DNA from: Bugula neritina
Taxonomy: Eukaryota; Animalia; Bryozoa
Reading direction: 5' to 3'
DNA length: 64,000 bases
Assembly: GCA_964035545.1 (NCBI GenBank)
Contig: OZ037773.1
Span: forward strand, 10,815,869-10,879,868
Part shown: positions 53,501-64,000 of the stretch, piece by piece
Layout of the letters: every line of letters begins with the position of its first letter
Numbering within the stretch: the stretch's first letter is position 1
Translations under genes and position numbers: made by a program
The notes under the pieces: generated by a model
The model's input: the letters and a program-made list of their open reading frames with translations, nothing else
Told to the model about the DNA's origin: nothing
Databases searched by the model: none

Positions 53501-56500
53501 GTAACTGAAATAAAGTCAAACGAATTAAACCATTGGGCAACAGTTAAACTTTATTATACTGGTAAGGCTGTAGTGAAAAAAATTAAAACATTTGATTTCA
53601 ATTATACTATTATTCACAGGATTGATTTTGTAGTTCAGTTCAACAGACCAGAAAAGAACAGGGTAGAAGTTGTGTTGAAATTAAGCTAATTTGAAGCTAA
53701 GCTAAATTGAAATTCATTATATGCCTTGCAGTTGTATTTACTCAAATGACTGCAGAATCAAATTGACAAAAAATGAGTGGCAGCTTATAAATTGAATAAA
53801 ATATTCAATTTGAATTCCAAGCCTATGAATGAATACAGATTAACAAACAGTTTACTAAAGACAGTACAAAATTACTAAATGACGTGCTAAATAAAGGATT
53901 ACTTTGGTAAGATGACCAAACAGTTTCAGTTGCTGGACCAGTCAGTTTGAAGGGCAACTTAGTAATGACAGTGCAGAAATTGGCAGAAATTGAACAGGTG
54001 AGCTAGAAAAACTGCTTGATCTAGAAGCTATTCAGGTGAATGATGAAAATAAATGTTGCAACTTGTGATTTGACTTTTGGAATTTTTATGGAGCTTTATC
54101 ATCCTTCTAACCATTCACCATTAAATCACTAATTTCTCTTATCGTATGCAACTAGATATTAGCATGAGGTTAGGGACCTACAGCAAAAGGCCAGGGTTTC
54201 GCTTGCCCCTGCTTAGTCCCAACTCTTGCTTACTCCCAACGCTGACTACTGGTTGCAGGTAAACATTCAACTACTTGTTTGAAATGTGTTGGGGAGGTCA
54301 TGGTCATGAATTACTAGACAATCTGTATAGCATTAAGTTTACTATAATATGTGTGTACTGTCACTGTATGCCTGATGAAATAAATTTTATGGACATTAAT
54401 TTTAAATAGTAGGAATTTGAGATAAAGTAACTTTAGAAAATAAAGATTTAAAATAAAACATACCACGCGGACAGATAAAGATGAGGCTTACAGGGAAGGG
54501 AAGAATAACATAGAGAGAAAAAGAGTACAGGTTGCTGTTCCTCTGCCCATTCTGTAACACAAAAAATAGTAAATAAACTTGTTCAAAATACACTAGAAAA
54601 AAGGAAGCAATAGAAACATCACCTGTAGAATTTTTTCTATCAAATTGACAAATTTACTAGTAAATTCCAAGCATTCAGAAAACCCTCAACACTATGTTAA
54701 CTCTGTAGAAGTATATATTATATCTAAAGTTTCTAAGTGGTTAAATGATTGAACCAACATCAAAATTTTCTACTCGTATAATACAGATGTGTGATACAAA
54801 TAGGAAATTTAGTAATGTAATGAGTCTTGTGAAACAGTATAAATTTACAGCTCTAAAATCAACGTCGCAAACCAACAATTCAAAGAATCAAGACAGAAAT
54901 TCACAATAAAAGTAGCTTTAAAACAATAAAATTTAGTTGAAGCATGAAACACCAGTTTTAGAGAATATAGAAAATAAGTATATTGTATAATGCATACTAT
55001 GAGAGACTTTGACAAAATTACGCTGTACGTGCCACAGTTAACCCTAATTTGCTAAAAATTCAAAAGTGCAACATCCTTAGCTGACTGAAACTGAAAACTT
55101 GGACATGCGAAAGTAATAACCGGCTAACCTCACACTGCAAATAGAGTAGTATGCAGTTCATCTCAGTCTGAAAATAGTTCAGGCCAAGCAAAGATCAAAC
55201 AACTCCAACTAATACCAAACCACCCAGAAGGAATATTATGAAGCAGCAATCAGTAACCTGTAAGTGAAACAAACCAACACTGGGTTTGAGCCAGGAAGGT
55301 TTCAGAGATATATATCTAAAGCAAAAAAAGTTGCAAAGATATGTAAATGATATCTTTATACGAAGCTAGGGTGAGGCAAAGGTGATCTATATGAGAGTGG
55401 CGACTTTAGGGAATTATGGGGACATCATTATGCAGAATTCTGCGCTGCGATGTTTATATAAGTTAAAAAGGGAAAATTTTGTCACTTTTTTATTTCATTA
55501 TTATTTCTATTTTATGTGTACAATTTTTAATTTTATTTATTGCTATAGTTTTTAAACACATTCTTTATGCATATAAAATTAAAAACAAGTTTAAAACTCA
55601 CTCACTAATAATTATGCATGTGTAGCTTAATATATTGACAATAGAAAGCCCAAAGTTATTCAATTTAATTTTAAATAGCATAAAGAAATTTATTTGAATT
55701 AAATTCTTGAAAATTATTGTTATTTGAACTATTTTAAAAAGTTTTATCTAATACTAAGTTCACACCTTTTAAGCCATAAAAACAATCATTAAATAATTCA
55801 TTGAGTGCTTTAAATATTTTTTTTGGTTTTGGAAATTCTTTAAAAGTTCTTAAACTTGTTTATTGAGTTAAAACATATAAAACACTATAAATTAAGCTCA
55901 TGAATTACAACCATGTTCAGTGCCAGTAAGCTGCACAGAATAAAACGTGTCCATCATTGAAACTGCAATTAAATCAAGTTTCTGTTGATAATCGAATAAA
56001 AATTGTTGAATTCATTTATAATTTTTATCATAAATCTTTAGGGAAAACATGCAAAAAAGGACAAAAAACTCAGTGAAATTATCACGCAACAATCCACTGT
56101 AATTACATAATAATATGAGGCACACCTCCTACCAATAAGTAGCATAATGGCGGACAACGCCCTAAAACTGCCACTCTCATATCGATCATCTCAGGGCGGA
56201 GGCTGACAAGAGCTTTTACAATAGGCTGTTTTAACTTTTATTAGAAACATGTTTGGCAATTTTTGAATGAAATTAACAGCTACAACTTTTAAAACAAAAT
56301 AAAACGACAGGAAAGCAGCTATGTGTTACGGAAGTGTTAATCAACAGTGGATTTCATAGCTAATAGGAGCAGATATAGGTCAACTGAGTTCACCTAACTG
56401 CCTAGCACTGGAAGTTTTACTAACTCCAAGTGTTGGTAGTGAAGGCTAGACAACACAAACTTAATGAAAGGAAGAGTTAATATTGTTGCAGTAAGCAATT

Positions 56501-57893
56501 AATTTAGACGCAAACCTGAACTGATGAAAAGTTTTGATTAATGAAACACAGAGAGAAGACAACTTTTACGCGTTGGCTTGTGAGCATCTCATGGATATAA
56601 AACGGGTCTTGATATCAAGGTATAGCTTCTATCTGCATGCGGTTAAACACAACTACAAAACAGACAAGAAATATTCTAAACTACCTCAATATATAAAACA
56701 TTTCATTTCAATTTGCTAATAGTAAATGTTTGCAGATCGAGCTGAGATTCTAGTCTAAAGAGTACAAGTGATTAACTTGAACAATTCCACAGGACTTGGA
56801 GTTAACAAGACTAAAATTATGAATAAAAGATAACATTTTAACTACTTCAAACAGAAATAGATAAACATGAATTATGGACATTAGAATACAAGAAGTACAA
56901 AATAATGATTTGCCTAACATCATTTAAAATTGGTGAAATTGAAAACAGAGAAAATTATTGTAAATAATGAATACCTAATTATAACCAAGATGGGGCTCTC
57001 AGAACTGACCACAGTTGGCTAGGTCCTATCCTCCTGGTGAAAACCATATGTTCTCTAATGTGTGAATATCTGAGCTGCTTGGAGTGATTCTAAAAAACAA
57101 AACACATTTGATAAATTAAAATTGTTGAATAAATGATGACAGATATATATGAGACATCTCATAGGTCCTAAAGTCTAGAGTATTGAAAATTGTATCATGA
57201 TAAAATCAACATAGTCTACAGAACCAGGAAAGAAACTTCTTTGAACAAGAAATATAACTTGTTTTTTTATAGTTACAGCATTTTAAACTGAATTTATTCC
57301 ACTTAAACTTTTCAATTTCGAACCATGATTATGACCATGATGAGTATGTAACTGAAATAAAGTCAAACAAAATAAATCATTCAGCATAAGTTGAACGTTA
57401 TTATAGCAAGAAAAAAATTAAAATATTAGATTTCAATTATACTATTATTCTTAGTATTGATTTTGTAGTTCAGTTCAACAGACCAGAGTAGAACAGGGTA
57501 AAAGTTACGTCAAAGTCAAGCCAATTTGAAGCAAAGCTAAATTGAAATTTATTATAACTATAATTATAAGCCTTGCAGTTGCATTTACTCAAATGACTGC
57601 AGTATCAAATTGACTAGAAATGGGTAGCAGTCTATCAATTAAATAAAATAATCAATGTGAAATCCAAGCCTATGAATAAATACAGATCAACGATCAGTAA
57701 ACTAAAAGATAGCGTTGATAAAAAGTTATTAAATGACATGCTAAACAAAGGTTTAATTGTTTACCTTGGTAAGATGACCAAACAATTTCAGTTGCACGAC
57801 CATTCACTATGAAGAGCAACTTACTATAATGACAGTGCAGCAGACGTGCTCAGTCATCCGTAACCAATCATTGCTCAGTCGTCTGTAACTGAT

Positions 57894-57912
57894 CACGTGA
57901 TTATTGGGGCAT
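57894..57912 (-). promoter_or_regulatory. Second degenerate composite element ATGCCC-N7-CACGTG
   Basis: Duplicate of 46653-46671. Confidence 0.45.
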
Positions 57913-60900
57913 GCGCTATGTCTCATGACTCACTTCCAATGGTGTTACCAAATCATCGATCTGTATGCAGCAAAAAGAGCAATACTAATTTTAGTGCCTA
58001 AAATTCCAACTGGACTTCATGTTTCGCAAGGTATAATATGAAGGGAAAACAGAGATGTAGCAATCAAATACTTTTAACAATTTGTCTTCTTTAAGCAGCA
58101 TTATCATGCAATCATGTTTAGGGCAAAAACAAACAGGAAAAGAATTCACTATGCCAAATTAACCATCAAGAAAACAAACACAATTTAATGACCCAAAAAG
58201 ACATAAAGAAATTGAACATGCAGGTGAGCTCAAGAAACTGCTTGTTCTAGAAGCTATTCAGGTGAATAATGAAAATGAGTGTTGCAACTTGGAATTTGAC
58301 TTTCGAAATTTTTATGGAGCTTTATCATCCTTCCAACCATTCACCATTAAATCACTAATTTCTGCTATTGAATGCAACTAGATATTAGCATGAGGTTAGG
58401 GACCTAAAGAAAGAGGCCAGGGCTGTGCATGCATTTGCTTACTCCCAACTTTGACTACTGGTTGTGGGTGAACATTCAACTATATAGTTGTTTGAAATGA
58501 GTTGGGGCAGGTCACAGTCATGAATTACTAGACAATCTGCATGTATAGCATTAAGTTTACTATAATATGTGCCTGATAAGATAACACTAAACTAGAATAA
58601 TTTTAAATAGCATGATATTCAGGATTAGGTAATTTTTTACTTAAAGCAATCTCATATTTCTAAACACTTGTAGCTCTCAATAATTTAAACAGATATTAAA
58701 AATACATCAAACTTGAATATTGTTAAATCATAGTAAGAGAAGTAGAGGCTATGATATAACAACAGAGAGTGATTAAAGAACTAGAAAACAAAGATTTACA
58801 ATAGAAAACTAGAACTAGAAAATAAAGATTTAAAATAAAACATACCAAGAACAGATACAGATGAAGCTTACAGGGATGAGAAGAATAACACAGAGAGAAA
58901 AAGAGTACAGGTTGCTGTTCCCTACACATCCTGTAACACAAAAAATAGTAAGTAAACTTGTTCAAAATACAATAGAAAGAAGGAAGCTTGATTTATGGCA
59001 ACAGAAACATAACCTGTAGAATTTTTTCCTCCAAACTGACAAATTAATAAGTAGATTCCAAGCATTCAGAAAACACTCAACACTATGTTAATACTGTATA
59101 GGAGTATATGTTATATCTAAAGTTTCTAACTGGTTAAATGATTAAACCAACATCAAACTTCTCTACTCATGCATATAATACAGATGTATGATATAAGTAG
59201 GAAATCTAGTAACGTAATGAGTCTTGTGAAACAACTTAAAGAGAAGTAAAATACTATATCAGTTTAACTTGAGTTCAACTATAATTGGTAATTCTTGTAA
59301 ATACAACTTGATGAAAAGTTTGAAACTGTTTACTTGTTGAATTGTGATTAAATGAAAATTTGTGAACAATTCTATAGATAAATAGTTTCATCAAGGAGAC
59401 ATGTTATACTTCATAAGTATTACCTCCATATAGCTCTTACAGCTGACACATGCCAAGAATAATCTAGAATGACTTTGTCCAGCTTTATACCCAATTGGTT
59501 GGTTGTCTAGTAGCTGACCATGTGACCATCACACCAGTTACTGTAAGAATAAAGTAGTTTATAAAAATGTGGTGTTGCATATGATGAAAAACAATGAAAT
59601 AAACATAAAATTCTAAATACAGCTCATTTATTACAACAGCAGTAGAAAAAGCAAAAAAAATGAGAAATGGAAAAATACAAAACAATCACATTTAATCTTG
59701 AAGATTAATCATTACTCAAATAAGTAGAAGAGTGTCATCATGCTTAATTAAGTTGAAATATGATTTGTTGAAAGAGCCATAACCTGATAAATAATAAAGC
59801 TAAACATAGTTACCAAGTGAGAACAAAATACTTCCCTAGTCTGGAGGCTGCGGAGTCACAATAAACTGATCAAACTATTCTTACTGACAGAGCAGACAAT
59901 TTGCAAGTGTGAGCCTTTGAATATCATATTCCAAGAAAGTGAGAGAAGACAACTACATTAGGAGAGTTCAGGAAAACAAAAGAAGACAACTTCGTAATGG
60001 AACTTCGAGAAAACAAGAGAAGACAACTACGTTAGGAGCAAGCAGCAAGCTGCACAAATTCCCATTAGCAGAGTTAGCCGATAATAAAATTATAACATTA
60101 TTGATTATTAAAAACACACAATAGAATAGATATGTAACTATACAGGGATGTAGATGATATTTAGAAAAGACTGCAAGTTTCCTCTACAAATAACTAGAAT
60201 ATTCAAAATGTGAACCAGAAATTTAAACAGATGGAAAATTTGGTATGTTTTACAATATTAGATAATATGTAAAATGGGGTTTGGGGTTTGAACTGAAAAA
60301 CTGGAGAGAACTAACATAAAAATACTGAGAAGAAACAAACAACAGCTTTTACACAAATCTGAGAAAACGTGAACAAACAGAAATGGCAAAAGTGAAGCAG
60401 AGTGAAGTGAAAACAACAGTCATAAAAGCATTCTACTGCCTGCATGTGTTACTAATCTGAATACAGCAGATGAAGTGTTATATTAGGATCATTATTGACT
60501 TTGTAAACGCTATTCATCCAAATACAGTAGATTACAAGAAGCAGGTCGTAATGGTGAAAGTGATTGCCTCGAAATATTGAGTAGTGATTTAAAAAAATCA
60601 ACTTTGGCCAAATCTGAGCATGATCATGGTGTTTAAACAGTATGAAAATACTTAATAGGGAATGAGGGAAAAAATTGTCAAAACTAAAATTAATTTATTT
60701 TGAACTGAAAATGAGTTCACACTGACTAACTTAAATGAATGAAAAATAGGAACAAATTACCATTCTAATATTACATAAACTCGAGTATGAAAATACAAAA
60801 CAGATTATATTTTTATATTACTATTACCTATTTGTCATTAGTATAAAAACAAACACAACTAATGGAGTGAAATTTTTACTCTATTCATAACATCAATTTG

Positions 60901-61772
60901 AATGATGAATATAAATTTTCGTAGTCATATACTGATGGTAACAAAGTAGAATAGTAGTGATTATAATAATGAATATCAATATGCATAAAACCCAATTTCC
61001 AAGAGACTAGAACAAGTACTAAAACTAGACGAACGAATTACAAATAAAGACACCCAACTTGAAATAACATTTCATTACAATTATGACTAAATCACTAATG
61101 GTCATAGTCATGCTTATAAGTTACCAGTAGAGGTTTGAGTTGTGGGAAAATAAAATAAAACGGGAGCCCGGAAGAGAATAAAAACGAGAATAATAATCAA
61201 TATCATAATTTAAATTTAAATTATTATCATAATCATTAATAGGCATTGCAGTTATGATTGTAATTATTATAATAATACTAATAGTTGATATAATATTAAT
61301 AATGATAATCATCATCGACTTTTGTTACCTGTGGTTATCAATATCATATTGATATTTATTATGATAATAAAAACAAAAATGACAACTAATACTATAACTA
61401 TTAATATTACTCTCACTACAACTGTTAAGTGCAAGTATTTGTGTTAGTAATAGTAATACTAATAAGCTACTAAAACTACTAACAATAGTCACGTGAGCTA
61501 CTATTACTCTATAGTCTAATGGCATTACCCAAGTCATTAGCCTTAGTGTTACTATTACTAACATAATCTTAGTGATGAAGTTTAACATAAAATGAAAACG
61601 ATTAAAATTAAATCCAAGGAGCCGCGGCTTGAAATTTCATTGAACTAGCAGTTAATACAAACAAATTACCGCGACAGCGTTAAGGATTCTCTAGACAGAA
61701 CTTGCAGAAGACATCAATGTCGGTTCAGACGAATGAATGATGAATGGCAATCCAGTTAGGACCACGATTGAA

Positions 61773-61791
61773 CACGTGCTTGTTACGTCAT
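61773..61791 (-). promoter_or_regulatory. Composite element ATGACG-N7-CACGTG at the far right end of the array
   Basis: Plus strand reads CACGTG CTTGTTA CGTCAT in a CpG-rich patch. Confidence 0.55.
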
Positions 61792-62471
61792 GTATCGTGA
61801 CGCATGACTGGCCGTGCACGGATTTATAATCCATGAACTGTGAATAGCGGCTGTCCATTGGTTGAACAAGTATTGAAAATGACAACAGACTGAAGAGGCT
61901 GCGAGCTATAGATTAGGTGTATAATATTAAGATGATTCATTGCTAAGAAACGGGAGAGAATAGGTGAAGCATTAGGTTTGAAAACCATAGCCATAAAAAA
62001 CATGAAAAATTATACAAATCATGAGGCCAATATACTTTAAAATATTACAAGTTTCATTCAATTTAAAATGAGGATAACTCTAACATGCTGAAGAGTGACT
62101 GTAAGAAATGATAGAGATGTAAAGTTGTGTATAAAACCACCAAAGGAAGGTTATGTGGTTGGTATGCTAACTTCAATGAAGTATGCTAAATAAACTACAG
62201 ACCAAACGAATGCAGCATTATGTATCTGATCACGAGTTTGGCACACTATCCATATGTGAGCTTAAAGTTGCTGAGTGAGCTCAGTGTATAGCAAAAAGTC
62301 AAAAAACTAGCCAAAAGAGGCCAGCATTGCAGTATAGTTCCACTAACTTAATCTTTAAGTTCCAATGTCATGGGCAATTGATAGTTGAGTAAGTTTGGTC
62401 GCCGTGCTGATTGTATGATCATGAAAAATCCATATTAAATATCTTAACAACCCCAACATCTCAATTCTAAA

Positions 62472-64000
62472 CTTTAAATTTTAATTTAAATTTTAATTTT
62501 AAATTTTAATTTTATATTTTAATTTAAATTTTAAAATTTTAAATTTTAAATTTTAAATTTTAAATTTTAAATTTAAATTTTTAATTTTAAATTTTAAATT
62601 TAAATTTTAATTTTAAATTTTAAATTTTAAATTTTAAATTTTAAATTTAAATTTTAAATTTTAAATTTAAATTTTAAATTTTAAATTTTAATTTTAAATT
62701 TAAATTTAAATTTTAAATTTTAAATTTTAAATTTTAAATTTTAAATTTTAAATTTTAAATTTTAATTTTAAATTTAAATTTTAATTTTTAAATTTAATTT
62801 TAAATTTTAAATTTTAATTTTAAATTTTAAATTTTAAATTTAAATAATTTTAAATTTTAAATTTAAATTTTAAATTTTAAATTTTAAATTTAAATTTTAA
62901 ATTTTAAATTTAAATTTTAATTTAAATTTAATTTTAAATTTTAAATTTAAATTTAAATTTTAAATTTTAAATTTTAAATTTAAATTTTAATTTTAAATTT
63001 AATTTTAAATTTTAATTTTAAATTTAATTTTAAATTTTAAATTTTAAATTTTAATTTTAAATTTAAATTTAATTTTAAATTTTAAATTTTAATTTTAATT
63101 TTAATTTAAATTTAATTTTAATTTAAATTTTAAATTTTAAATTTAAATTTTAAATTTTAAATTTTAATTTAAATTTTAAATTTTAAATTTAAATTTTAAA
63201 TTTTAAATTTTAAATTTAAATTTTAATTTTAAATTTAAATTTAAATTAATTTTAAATTTTAAATTTTAAATTTTAAATTTAAATTTTAAATTTAAATTTT
63301 AAAATTTAAATTTTAAATTTAAATTTAAATTTTAAATTTAAATTTAAATTTAAATTTTAAATTTTAAATTTTAAATTTAAATTTAAATTTTAAATTTTAA
63401 ATTTAAATTTTAAATTTTAAATTTAAAATTTAAATTTAAATTTTAATTTAAATTTAAATTTTAATTTAAATTTAAATTTTAAATTAATAAATTTAAATTT
63501 AAAATTTTAAATTTAAATTTTAAAATTTAAATTTAATTTTAAATTTTAAATTTTAAATTTAAATTTTAACTTTAAAATTTAAATTTAAATTTTAAATTTA
63601 AATTTAAAAATAAATTTAAATTTAAATTTAAATTTTAAATATTAAATTTAAATTTAAATTATAAATTTAAATTTAAATTTAAATTTTAAATTAAATTTTA
63701 AATTTTAAATTTAAAATTTAAATTTAAATTTTAAATTTAAATTTTAAATTTAAATTTTAAATTTTAAATTTTAAATTTAAATTTAAATTTAAATTTAAAT
63801 TTTAAATTTTAAATTTAAATTTAAATTTTAAATTTTAAATTTTAAATTTAAATTTTAATTTTAATTTAAATTTTAAATTTAAATTTTAATTTTAAATTTT
63901 AAATTTAAATTTAATTTTAAATTTTAAATTTTAAATTTTAAATTTAAATTTTAAATTTAATTAAATTTAATTTAAATTTTAATTTTAAATTTTAAATTTA
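62472..64000. repeat. Almost purely A/T satellite of irregular TTTAAA/TTTTAAA/TTTAA units, continuing past the window end
   Basis: More than 1.5 kb with essentially no G or C. Confidence 0.97.

Larger units (their letters stand above)
33620..60120 (-). repeat. ~26-kb mosaic of shuffled segmental duplications carrying the exon-like cassettes on the minus strand
   Basis: Cassette A at ~36939, 41712, 45732, 50750, 53118, 56975; B at ~36482, 41241, 45303, 50283, 52651, 56515; E at ~35303, 38552, 49046, 59423; D at ~40477, 55162. Larger blocks: ~34730-38330 matches ~48500-52120, ~44640-48200 matches ~55760-59200, ~38460-39360 matches ~59330-60120. Confidence 0.9.

Overview
AT-rich eukaryotic genomic DNA, probably from an invertebrate animal; it has spliceosomal GT-AG introns and no prokaryotic features. 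The left third (1-22.3 kb) holds the 3' part of a DEG/ENaC/ASIC-family channel gene (7 exons, 52-5865) and a three-domain gelsolin/severin-like gene. An apparently exact 9,248-bp tandem duplication (2120-11367 = 11368-20615) leaves a 3'-truncated gelsolin copy, an orphan copy of the last four channel exons, and one complete 12-exon gelsolin (16673-22116, 367 aa). Most introns are filled with minisatellites, and several of these repeat the exon end plus the 5' splice site. The right two-thirds (23-62 kb) has no recognisable protein gene but is highly structured. It is a family of shuffled ~0.1-4 kb modules containing exon-like cassettes whose splice sites are kept in every copy checked. The modules lie on the + strand left of, and the - strand right of, a 1.7-kb heptamer satellite, forming a large imperfect palindrome. 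Five inward-facing ATGACG-N7-CACGTG(-like) elements head these units. This is my best candidate for an undescribed system: a convergent multi-exon non-coding RNA locus, possibly producing dsRNA or small RNAs. Also present are two MITE types, a double fold-back insertion, and an almost purely A/T satellite at the window end. The long ORFs in the supplied track are repeat artefacts. All alignments were done by eye.
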